From the sequence record MT708547.1: 64,000 nucleotides of DNA; one strand, written 5' to 3'. The notes under the pieces were generated by a model, which was not told the DNA's origin, ran no database searches, and was given only the letters and a program-made list of their open reading frames with translations. This document shows positions 19,705-28,362 of this stretch, piece after piece. Position 1 is the first letter of the stretch. Each line of letters starts with the position of its first letter. The position numbers and the translations under genes are program-made.

Positions 19705-20487
19705 ATGGCTAATCTAAAACTACTACAAGAAGCGATTCAGGCTTTTGCAAATGGCGAGCAAGAAGTCGCGGATACTAAAATGCGTCAATATTTCATTGAA
19801 GCTGCAAGTGATATTAATAAAAAACTTGAAGAAGAAATGGAAGACGAAACTGACGAAACTGACGATGAAGTAATGGAAGACTTCTCTATGTCTCCATCTC
19901 AAGATCTGAATACCGATGTACAATACCCAATGGAAGAAGCTGAAGAAGAACCAACTGACGTTGAAGTTGATTTCCAAGCTGACGATGAAGGTGCAGATGA
20001 TTCTGCTGAAGCAGAACTACCAAGTGCTGATCAATGGGCTGATATCCAGGATGCATATCGCGGTCTACAGAAAATGTTTGATGAAATCGCTGGTTCCGAC
20101 GAAGTTGAACTAGGTGACGAAGAAGAACCTACTGAAGACGGTTTCGAAGATGTTTCTTTTGGTGACGAAAAAGTTGGTGAATCTTATAAAATGAAAGATG
20201 CTCCAAGTGTAGATAAAACTGAAAAACCAGGAGTTAACAAAAAGTCTCCAATTGCTTCTACTGCTAAGTCTCCAGTACAAGGTGTTGAACCAATTAAAAC
20301 TGGTAAAAACACCACTCCAGTAGTTGACGATACTTTTGACGGTGCTGATGCTGAATCTTTCACTATCCCACGTGATAATGACAATGTTCTTAATAAAGCA
20401 ACTGATGCAATGAAAGATGCTAAGCAACCAAAAAATACCGCTACTAAAGCTAGTTCAGTACTACCTAAAAAAGCACCTAAACTATAA
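19705..20487 (+). CDS. Acidic prohead core protein (gp67/68-like position)
   Basis: Very Asp/Glu-rich; high-expression codon usage; between portal and protease. Confidence 0.6.
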   Translation: MANLKLLQEAIQAFANGEQEVADTKMRQYFIEAASDINKKLEEEMEDETDETDDEVMEDFSMSPSQDLNTDVQYPMEEAEEEPTDVEVDFQADDEGADDSAEAELPSADQWADIQDAYRGLQKMFDEIAGSDEVELGDEEEPTEDGFEDVSFGDEKVGESYKMKDAPSVDKTEKPGVNKKSPIASTAKSPVQGVEPIKTGKNTTPVVDDTFDGADAESFTIPRDNDNVLNKATDAMKDAKQPKNTATKASSVLPKKAPKL

Positions 20488-20511
20488 TCATAAAAGGGAG
20501 ATCATTTAAAT

Positions 20512-21132
20512 ATGAGTATGCTACGTGAATGGTCTTCATTCGAGGATTCTAAAGTACTAACTGAATACAGAGATAATGGTGTAGGTGGTAAAGATTGTTA
20601 TCTGCGTGGAATTGCTATTCAGGCAGATAAAAGAAATCACAACGAACGTGTATATCCACTGAACGAAATTACTAAAGCAGTCCAAAACATGCAACAGCGT
20701 ATTGCCAGTACTGGTGGTATTGCTGTTGAATGTGATCACCCAGAATCATTGAACATTAATATGGATCGTGTTGCTGGTATGATTACTAAAGTGTGGATGG
20801 AAGGTTCTAATGGTATGGCTGAAATTAAACTATTCAATACTGATCATGGAAAAAATATTCGTGCGATGATTGAAGGTGGTCTTCGTCCTGGTGTTAGTTC
20901 ACGTGGCTCTGGTAATGTTGATTATAATGGTGTTGTTAGTGATTTCGAAATTGTTACTATTGATATTGTAGCTCAACCTAGTGCTCCTGATGCTTATCCA
21001 ATGGCAGTATTTGAGTCTCTTAATAATAAGTATGGATATGGACAAACGCAGAAACCTGTTAATGAATCAAAGTCAGTTTCTAAAAATATGGATTCTGAAA
21101 TCTATGATTTTTTCAAGAAATTAAAAGGTTAA
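20512..21132 (+). CDS. gp21: Prohead protease
   Basis: NHNERVYP, ECDHP, GVSSRGSG, DIVAQPSAPDA motifs. Confidence 0.95.
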   Translation: MSMLREWSSFEDSKVLTEYRDNGVGGKDCYLRGIAIQADKRNHNERVYPLNEITKAVQNMQQRIASTGGIAVECDHPESLNINMDRVAGMITKVWMEGSNGMAEIKLFNTDHGKNIRAMIEGGLRPGVSSRGSGNVDYNGVVSDFEIVTIDIVAQPSAPDAYPMAVFESLNNKYGYGQTQKPVNESKSVSKNMDSEIYDFFKKLKG

Positions 21133-21176
21133 TATTTTTATAAACATAAATATTTGTATATTAAAGGAGATGTAAA

Positions 21177-22289
21177 ATGACTAAATTGGAAAAGCTTCTA
21201 AAAGAATCATCCCTTTCTGATGAAGCAAAACAACTCATCCAGGAAGCATGGAATGAAGAAAAAAATAATCTAGCCGCAGAAATGCGTCAGGAAATGAAAG
21301 AACGTTATAAACAAGATCTTGCTGAACTAACTGAAGGTCTTGATCAGATGATGAGTACTGTTATCGCTGAAGAAATGAATGCGGTATATGATGAAAAACG
21401 CAAACTCGTTGAAGATCGCGTAACTCTTCGTAAAACTCTGAGTAATTTCTCTGGTTTTGCTAATTCAGTACTAGCTGAAGAAGTGAAACAAATGCGTAAT
21501 GAACGTAAACTTATTAAAGAAAGTATGAATAAATTCGTCAATTTCTCTAATAACATTCTTGCAGAAGAACTTAAAGAATTCCACGTTGAAAAACGTCAAC
21601 TGGTAGAAAGTCGTGTTAAATTGCTTGCTGAAGGTTCTAAAAAAATCAATGAAGCTCGTGATAATTTTATTAAACGTACTTCCGAAAGTGCTGCAAAATA
21701 TATTACGGAAACTACACAGAAACATCTTAGTGCACTAAAACAGGATATCGCTGAAGCTAAGCAAAATACTTTCGGGCGTAAACTATATGAAGCATTTTCT
21801 AATGAATTTTATTCACAACAATTCAATGAAAATGTCCTACTACGTTCACTGAATGAATCTCTGAAAACTAAAGAAGATGAAATTGTTCAAGTTAAACAAG
21901 CTCTTTCAGAAAGTACTAAAGCAGTTAAAGAAGTTCAACATAAACTTCGTGTTATGGAAGATACTCAAGCACGAAATGCAATTATCTCTGAACTAACTAA
22001 ACCACTTAATGTACAACAAAAGCAAATTATGGAATCACTTCTGGCTACTTCTCCAACTGAAAAGCTAAAAGACGATTTCAATAAGTACCACAAGTCAGTA
22101 CTAAATGGTACTAAAGTAACAGAATCTGTAAAAGACGTTCAACCTAAAAAGAAAACTCTTTCAGAAGGTTCAGTTGTTACCGGCAATCGCCAACAAGCAA
22201 AAGTTATCGTTGAAAATTCAGAAATTGATGAAGACGATATGAAGTACCTCGAAGAACTATCTATTCTAAGTGGTATTATTAAAAAGTAA
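21177..22289 (+). CDS. gp22: Prohead scaffolding/core protein
   Basis: Long coiled coil between protease and capsid genes; LSDEAKQLIQEAW N-terminus. Confidence 0.8.
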   Translation: MTKLEKLLKESSLSDEAKQLIQEAWNEEKNNLAAEMRQEMKERYKQDLAELTEGLDQMMSTVIAEEMNAVYDEKRKLVEDRVTLRKTLSNFSGFANSVLAEEVKQMRNERKLIKESMNKFVNFSNNILAEELKEFHVEKRQLVESRVKLLAEGSKKINEARDNFIKRTSESAAKYITETTQKHLSALKQDIAEAKQNTFGRKLYEAFSNEFYSQQFNENVLLRSLNESLKTKEDEIVQVKQALSESTKAVKEVQHKLRVMEDTQARNAIISELTKPLNVQQKQIMESLLATSPTEKLKDDFNKYHKSVLNGTKVTESVKDVQPKKKTLSEGSVVTGNRQQAKVIVENSEIDEDDMKYLEELSILSGIIKK

Positions 22290-22384
22290 TATTTTTAACG
22301 CATATTTTAACCACCTTTTTCAGTACTGATAAATAACTTTATATTGAAAAAGATTTTAATAAAATTATCTAAAGGAGACTTTAA

Positions 22385-23566
22385 ATGTCTAATAAACTAC
22401 TAACTGAATCTCAATGGGCCGCGACCAAAGAACGTATTACCGAAGGTCTAAAAGGCAGTCGTAAACGTGTGATGGATATTACTATGGATAACTATCGTCG
22501 TGAGCGTGCATTATTTGAATCTGCTACTGCTGGTGCAACCACTGCTGGTAACATTGCTTCTGTTAACAAAGTAATTCTACCAATCATGCGTCGTGTAATG
22601 CCAACCGTTATCGCTAACGAAATTATTGGTGTACAACCAATGACTGGTCCATACTGCCAGATTCATACTCTACGTGTTCAATATGCAACCAATGCTCCAG
22701 GCGTTGCTGCTGGTGAAGAAGCTCTATCTCCATACAAAATCGCCAAATCTTATACTGGTGAACTGAATTCTGATAACACTAGCCCACAAGCCGCTCCTAC
22801 TTCTCAACTAGAAGGTACTATGGGTCGTCAGGTAAACATCAACATTCTACGTGAAATCGTTGAAGCCAAATCCCGTCGTCTCTCTGCTCGTTGGACTGTT
22901 GAATCTATGCAAGATGCACAATCTCAACACGGTGTTGATATTGAAGCTGAACTGGTTAACGCAATTGCTCAAGAAATTACTGTAGAAATCGACCAAGAAC
23001 TACTTTCTCGTCTACGTGCACTACCTGGTGCTCCAGCAGTGACCTATGACCAAACCAAAGTAACTGGTGTTGCTACTTTTATTGCTGATGAACACGCTTC
23101 TCTGGCAATTCTAATCAACCGTCAGGCAAACGAAATTGCTCGTCGTACCAAACGTGGTGCAGCTAACTGGGCTGTTGTTTCTCCAGAAGCACTATCTATC
23201 ATTCAGTCTGCAACTACTTCTAGTTTTGCACGCAGTACTGAAGGTACTTTCGAAGCACCAACCAACGTTAAATTTGCTGGTACTCTAAACGGTACTATGC
23301 GTATCTACGTTGATACCTATGCTTCTGATCTGGAAGATATCCTGATTGGTTACAAAGGTGCTAACGAAACTGACGCTGGTGCATTCTATTGCCCATACGT
23401 TCCACTGATGGCTACCGGTACTGTAATGGATCCAAATACCTCCGAGCTAGTGACTTCCTTCCTGACTCGTTACGGTTATCTGGAATTCGTGGATTCATCC
23501 TCTTCCTTTGCAAACTCAGCCGATTACTTCAGCAAAATTGCTGTTCGTAACGTTACTTTCATGTAA
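22385..23566 (+). CDS. gp23: Major capsid protein
   Basis: RRVMPTVIANEIIGVQPMTGP, AKSRRLSARWTVE, AQEITVEIDQE, AFYCPYVPL, TRYG motifs. Confidence 0.97.
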   Translation: MSNKLLTESQWAATKERITEGLKGSRKRVMDITMDNYRRERALFESATAGATTAGNIASVNKVILPIMRRVMPTVIANEIIGVQPMTGPYCQIHTLRVQYATNAPGVAAGEEALSPYKIAKSYTGELNSDNTSPQAAPTSQLEGTMGRQVNINILREIVEAKSRRLSARWTVESMQDAQSQHGVDIEAELVNAIAQEITVEIDQELLSRLRALPGAPAVTYDQTKVTGVATFIADEHASLAILINRQANEIARRTKRGAANWAVVSPEALSIIQSATTSSFARSTEGTFEAPTNVKFAGTLNGTMRIYVDTYASDLEDILIGYKGANETDAGAFYCPYVPLMATGTVMDPNTSELVTSFLTRYGYLEFVDSSSSFANSADYFSKIAVRNVTFM

Positions 23567-23612
23567 TAAAATAAAAAAAAAACTAAAAATAATATAAAAT
23601 ATTGTATTTTTT

Positions 23613-23642
23613 ATGGGACTTCACTTTGAAGTCCCATTTTTT
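23613..23642 (+). terminator. Rho-independent terminator after gp23
   Basis: ATGGGACTTC-ACTTT-GAAGTCCCAT followed by a T run. Confidence 0.85.
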
Positions 23643-23684
23643 ATAGCATTAATTTGTTGAACAAAGTAACAAGGATGTTTTATA

Positions 23685-24911
23685 ATGATGACATTTGATG
23701 AAGTGCATGAACAATTTATTAAAATTGGTAATAAGAGAGAACCATCTTATTTTAAAAAAATAATTTTAAAAGAAATTGAAATGTATAATTTAAATTATGA
23801 ATTTATTGGGTTTAATATTAATTCTATTATTGAATTTAAAGGAGCAAGAACGAAGTTAGTACTAAAATGTCCAGTACATGGTATTTTTTCTGATTGTACT
23901 TTCAATAATTTTACAAAATCTAATGCACAGGGTCGCCGCTGTCCTGAATGTGCTAAAGAATCTAAAGCTTTGAAACAACGTTGTTGTACTGAAGAATTTA
24001 TTGAAAAATGTAAAAGAGTACATAATGATTTTTATGATTACAGTAAGACTATATACGGAAAAAATGCTCATGAACACGTTGTTGTTACCTGTAAATTACC
24101 AAATCATGGAGATTTCAAAATACGTCCTTCATGTCATTATAATAAAGCACAAGGTTGTCCTATATGTGCAAAAGAAAAAAGAAAAATTGATGAACAGGAT
24201 ATAATAACCAGATTAAATGAAATACATAATAATCACTTTGGATTTGATAAATTCGTATATAATGGATCGGAAAATAAATCTATAGTAACTTGTTTAGTGC
24301 ATAATAAAAATTATGAAGTTAAAGTTGGGAGTTTACTTTATGATCATGGCTGTGCATTGTGTTCAACAAGAGCAAAACACACAAAAGAATCATTCATATC
24401 GATGGCAGTACTGAAACATGGTAATGTATATGATTACAGTAAAGTACAATATGTAGATTTATTCACTAAAGTTGAAGTTGTTTGTAATAAAGATAATCAT
24501 GGTTCATTCTTTATTACTCCAACAAGTCATATACATGGTTTAAAACCAAATGCATGTCCAAAATGTTCAAAATATGGATTTCAACCAAATAAACCTGGAT
24601 TCTTTTATATTCAAAAAATAACTAATTCATGTAAAGAAGTTATATCTTATAAGTACGGTATTACATGTGATTTAATAAGACGATTGAATGAGCATAACAG
24701 AAATTCTATATATGTGCATGAATATATTTTTCATGAATACTTTGATAATGGGTATGAAGCAATTGAACTTGAAAAGCTTATAAAAAAATCAATTCCTTCT
24801 TGGTATTTGAATTCTAATGAATTCGGTGATGGTTTCACTGAAACATATGATCCTAAATACCACAAAGATGTTATTAATATAATCAAAAAACAACAAAGGA
24901 GAAATCCATGA
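23685..24911 (+). CDS. Free-standing homing endonuclease-like protein (CPxC repeats + T5orf172/GIY-YIG-like C-terminus)
   Basis: Repeats of YDYSK..Y...K V.V.C..HG.F...H...CP.C; C-terminal FFYIQ...YKYGIT...RR...LEKLIK...FGDGFTET. Confidence 0.75.
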   Translation: MMTFDEVHEQFIKIGNKREPSYFKKIILKEIEMYNLNYEFIGFNINSIIEFKGARTKLVLKCPVHGIFSDCTFNNFTKSNAQGRRCPECAKESKALKQRCCTEEFIEKCKRVHNDFYDYSKTIYGKNAHEHVVVTCKLPNHGDFKIRPSCHYNKAQGCPICAKEKRKIDEQDIITRLNEIHNNHFGFDKFVYNGSENKSIVTCLVHNKNYEVKVGSLLYDHGCALCSTRAKHTKESFISMAVLKHGNVYDYSKVQYVDLFTKVEVVCNKDNHGSFFITPTSHIHGLKPNACPKCSKYGFQPNKPGFFYIQKITNSCKEVISYKYGITCDLIRRLNEHNRNSIYVHEYIFHEYFDNGYEAIELEKLIKKSIPSWYLNSNEFGDGFTETYDPKYHKDVINIIKKQQRRNP

Positions 24912-25261
24912 AAACTGTAGTAGTATTCAAAACAATTAAAGAAGAATACATAAAAAGCTCAGTATCTAATATGAAAACGTTTGTTCCACAAGGAACACTT
25001 GTTGCATTTGATGAGAATGATTCAATACTGTATTATTCGGATGATAGATTAGAATTCAGTACGGAAAAATTTATAGATATTGCAATGATAGTTGATACTG
25101 AAGAAATGGAATACTCAGAGTACATGAAAAAGTACAAAGATTACCTTATGAAGTTTCATGGTAATGCACCTGTGATTAAATTACATGAATCCAGTGAATT
25201 CTCCCCACATAACCCGTTTCAACGTTTGGTTGATTTGGGTGTGTCCTTCAAACTTTTCTGA
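24908..25261 (+). CDS. Hypothetical protein
   Basis: 117-aa ORF overlapping the previous stop, AGGAG RBS. Confidence 0.6.
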   Translation: MKTVVVFKTIKEEYIKSSVSNMKTFVPQGTLVAFDENDSILYYSDDRLEFSTEKFIDIAMIVDTEEMEYSEYMKKYKDYLMKFHGNAPVIKLHESSEFSPHNPFQRLVDLGVSFKLF

Positions 25262-25286
25262 ACAAAAATTACCCATATGATATAAT
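25258..25286 (+). promoter_or_regulatory. CTGAAC-N17-TATAAT promoter
   Basis: Conserved promoter class, with extended TG. Confidence 0.7.
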
Positions 25287-25320
25287 TTGCGAGAATAAAA
25301 TTAAAAAAAGGAAATTTTAT

Positions 25321-26055
25321 ATGGGTACTTATATACTAAAGCATACTTTGTTTGATAATCAGATAAACAAAGGATATACTTATCTTCCATCTTGTATCAT
25401 TGAACTTTATAAAGAAACAGAAAATAATTCATTTCTGAGTATTCGTTATCAGGGAAGATATGATAATAAGGTAAAAATAAAAAATGAACTGATTATTGAT
25501 GATTTAATTAAACAAAACATCATTACACAAGATATTCTATCTGAACTGTTTATTGATAGATTTTTATTGAATGCATCCAAAACATTATCATCCTCAGTCA
25601 AGTCTATACTCAACACCGATAACAGAACTATTTGTATTAACCCGTTTCTGGTTAAAGAGTTTTTGAAATACAAAAAACAATATAACATTGATATTAATAA
25701 TACGATACTTAATAATGCAATGCTTGAAAATGTTAAATATGAATTCATGGAAGTGGCAACGTATAACAATTCACATGTAGGTAAAACTGCAAAACAAATT
25801 AGCAAAACTTCTGAAGAAAAACGATTCACATCTTTACTTGATGATAATTTTATTGATTACGATGGAATAGAAAAATATCTACCTTTGGTGTTTGATGTAT
25901 TCAAATTTTCATTATCTGATAATGAATTCACCTCAAACGGTAGATTGAAACATAATGGATATTATTATTCTAATAAAGCCAGAGTTATCAAATTCAGGAT
26001 TAATGATGATTCATCCATTGAATATGTCAAATTATCAAATGAAGAAATTAAATAG
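25321..26055 (+). CDS. Hypothetical protein
   Basis: 244-aa ORF with AAGGA RBS. Confidence 0.6.
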   Translation: MGTYILKHTLFDNQINKGYTYLPSCIIELYKETENNSFLSIRYQGRYDNKVKIKNELIIDDLIKQNIITQDILSELFIDRFLLNASKTLSSSVKSILNTDNRTICINPFLVKEFLKYKKQYNIDINNTILNNAMLENVKYEFMEVATYNNSHVGKTAKQISKTSEEKRFTSLLDDNFIDYDGIEKYLPLVFDVFKFSLSDNEFTSNGRLKHNGYYYSNKARVIKFRINDDSSIEYVKLSNEEIK

Positions 26056-26068
26056 ATTAATATCTTGT

Positions 26069-26076
26069 TATAAATA
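26069..26076 (+). promoter_or_regulatory. T4-type late promoter TATAAATA (tail fibre)
   Basis: Exact consensus about 30 nt upstream of 26108. Confidence 0.65.
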
Positions 26077-26107
26077 ATTAATATACATATCGAAAAGGAT
26101 TTTAATA

Positions 26108-27895
26108 ATGAGTATTAGTTTTAATCACCCCCAGAATACTATAACTAGTACTGGAAATTCTGGATCATTAAATCTAGTGGTTCTTGGTGGTTCTCCTACA
26201 AACCCAAGACCAATACGTTTTAATTCTTCATCCGTTATTATGCCTGTGCAATCACTACCCACAGGTGAAGCTGGTGCTATTGTTTTTGACAAAAGCACAA
26301 AAACCATGAAATATCATGATGGCTCTAACTGGGTTGAATTATTAAGTGCTTCCGATGTTGTAGCACCTCTTAATGTTCAAATCAATAACATTATCAATTC
26401 AATGGGAACAAAAATTGATACTGTTAATTATTCAAGTGCTGCAATACCGATGGCTAGTATTAGTGGTACTAATTTGAATATAGTATTTCCTAATTCCAAT
26501 CCAACTGTTGGAAGCACTGGATTATATACCAGTGCAAAAACTGGCAGTATTATGTACTATAGTTTAGCGTCAGGCCAAACATATGCCAGTATTCGTGAAC
26601 AAATGTCAGGAAAAACCAACGGACAAAGCGGTAGAACTGGTTCTCAAACTTCTCCATGGTTGACTTCAGATGGGTGGTGCCTGGCTGATGGTATGTGGTG
26701 GACGTGGCAAGGCGAGAATGGTACAGTACTAAAACAAACACCAAACCTGAATCAAAGTGCATATTTTAAGGGTTTATCTTCTGGTGGAATTACAAAAACT
26801 GATTCACCAATTGGACAAAGTGGTTCTCTTGATACCTATACATTCACAATCCCAGATCATTATCACGGTGTAGGCCAAATGAATGGAAATTCTGGACCTA
26901 CTGGTGACGATGGTTCATTTATATTTGGAAGATCTTGGAATGATGGAAATTCATATAGGGGACTTACTATTACTGGAGATCTCAACCGACGTGAAGAACG
27001 TTCGATTAATGGGAGTGATCCAAATATTGCATTGAGTACAACGAATTCTATTTATTTAAATGCATCTCAACGTACAATTTCACATTCACATAACTTACAG
27101 AACTTCGACGTAGCACACTTCAACGTTGCAGTACTGTATAATATTGCTGAACCAAGCTTGGCATTATCGGAAAGTGTGGCAAATACAAAATTCGTACTAA
27201 AATCCGGTGATACTATGACTGGCAACTTGAATGTAGCCAACACTCTTAGAATCGCAGGTAATAGTACTAACATTCAGTTATATTTTACCAACTCTACTTT
27301 ATCTGAAAGAGCAGCAATTTATCACCAAAGTACAACAAATACATTAAGACTGCGTTCAAATGGTGGTTCTGAAGTATATATTAATGGTGATGGTTCTCTG
27401 TATGTTCCAGGTTCCACAACCGTTACTGGTAATTTTGTATCACAAGGTTCCGCAACTGTTTCTGGTAACATTATATCACATGGTTCTGCAACAGTTTCTG
27501 GTAACATTACATCACAAGGTTCTACAACTGTTTCCGGTAACATTACATCACAAGGTAGAAATGTAGTAAGAGCTATTAATGGGATAACTGCTGATGGTAA
27601 TGGAAACTTAAATGTAACGAATTCTAATGGTACTACTTCCGGCTGGCATAAGGATGAAGGTACCGGTATTATCACGCAATGGGGTTACATCCAAAGTACT
27701 GGTAATGATATCCATGTAAACTTTCCACGAACTTTCAGTTCAGCATGTTACTGTGTAACATTGGGTCAAATTTTCAACTCTCATGCTGACCAAGGACGAA
27801 CTGCACGTTTATTAGCACCTGCGTCAGTTTCTGGATTTGATTTTTATATCGGTTCATCAGAAACTGGATGTTACTGGCAAGCAATCGGTCGATAA
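26108..27895 (+). CDS. Tail fibre / receptor-binding protein
   Basis: Collar-like GWCLADG, HxH motifs (DHYHG, HSHN), FVLKSGDTMTGNL, C-terminal GWHKDEGTGIITQWG...VNFPRTF...YWQAIG fibre-tip domain. Confidence 0.8.
   Translation: MSISFNHPQNTITSTGNSGSLNLVVLGGSPTNPRPIRFNSSSVIMPVQSLPTGEAGAIVFDKSTKTMKYHDGSNWVELLSASDVVAPLNVQINNIINSMGTKIDTVNYSSAAIPMASISGTNLNIVFPNSNPTVGSTGLYTSAKTGSIMYYSLASGQTYASIREQMSGKTNGQSGRTGSQTSPWLTSDGWCLADGMWWTWQGENGTVLKQTPNLNQSAYFKGLSSGGITKTDSPIGQSGSLDTYTFTIPDHYHGVGQMNGNSGPTGDDGSFIFGRSWNDGNSYRGLTITGDLNRREERSINGSDPNIALSTTNSIYLNASQRTISHSHNLQNFDVAHFNVAVLYNIAEPSLALSESVANTKFVLKSGDTMTGNLNVANTLRIAGNSTNIQLYFTNSTLSERAAIYHQSTTNTLRLRSNGGSEVYINGDGSLYVPGSTTVTGNFVSQGSATVSGNIISHGSATVSGNITSQGSTTVSGNITSQGRNVVRAINGITADGNGNLNVTNSNGTTSGWHKDEGTGIITQWGYIQSTGNDIHVNFPRTFSSACYCVTLGQIFNSHADQGRTARLLAPASVSGFDFYIGSSETGCYWQAIGR
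27410..27556 (+). repeat. Four imperfect 36-bp in-frame tandem repeats in the tail fibre gene
   Basis: Units at 27410, 27446, 27482, 27518 encode GS(T/A)TV(T/S)GN(F/I)(V/I/T)S(Q/H). Confidence 0.9.
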
Positions 27896-27901
27896 TTTTT
27901 T

Positions 27902-27931
27902 TTGAACGAAAATAACATATAACGATATAAT
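27902..27931 (+). promoter_or_regulatory. TTGAAC-N18-TATAAT promoter
   Basis: Conserved promoter class upstream of the dsbA-like and polymerase genes. Confidence 0.7.
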
Positions 27932-27933
27932 TA

Positions 27934-27963
27934 AAGCATCTGACACACAGTCAGGTGCTTTTT
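27934..27963 (+). terminator. Terminator after tail fibre gene
   Basis: AAGCATCTGAC-ACACA-GTCAGGTGCTT followed by a T run. Confidence 0.7.
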
Positions 27964-27993
27964 ATATAATAATGACAAAGAAGGAAATTAATT

Positions 27994-28287
27994 ATGGCTA
28001 AACATGAAGACAAAGTACAAATTGAAGATCTAAATAATGAACAACGCAAACGTCTTAGTGACGGTCTGAACAATGCAGTAGTTCAACTTACTTTTATTAA
28101 TGATACCAAAGCCTCACTGAAAGATTTTATTGATTCACTGGCTGACGAACTCGGTATCGATGCGAGTGATATCAAACAAGCCGCTAATACTATCTATAAA
28201 CAAAACTTCTTCGATAAATCCAGTAAGCATGATAAAATCGAAACTATTCTAAGTATTACTGGTAATCTTCCACAAGCCGACGATTAA
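27994..28287 (+). CDS. Small dsDNA-binding protein, T4 DsbA-like
   Basis: SLKDFIDSLADELGIDASDIKQAANTIYKQNF resembles DsbA-family proteins. Confidence 0.5.
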   Translation: MAKHEDKVQIEDLNNEQRKRLSDGLNNAVVQLTFINDTKASLKDFIDSLADELGIDASDIKQAANTIYKQNFFDKSSKHDKIETILSITGNLPQADD

Positions 28288-28297
28288 TACATTATAA

Positions 28298-28326
28298 ATA
28301 AAAGCCTCCTTTTCTGGAGGCTTTTT
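28298..28326 (+). terminator. Terminator-like hairpin between dsbA-like gene and polymerase
   Basis: AAAAGCCTCC-TTTCT-GGAGGCTTTTT. Confidence 0.65.
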
Positions 28327-28362
28327 CTATCTGTTAAGTGCAATTAAAAATAAGGAAATTTA

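Noticed and set aside
19705-23566. Strong CTA-Leu codon preference in highly expressed genes
   Set aside because: Common in T4/T5-like phages that carry tRNA-Leu(UAG); no tRNA is visible in this window, so nothing new can be supported.
23657-23690. TTGAAC-N18-TATAAT as the promoter of the endonuclease gene at 23685
   Set aside because: The -10 box overlaps the annotated ATG, so a transcript would start downstream of it. Counted as a motif instance only; its function is ambiguous.
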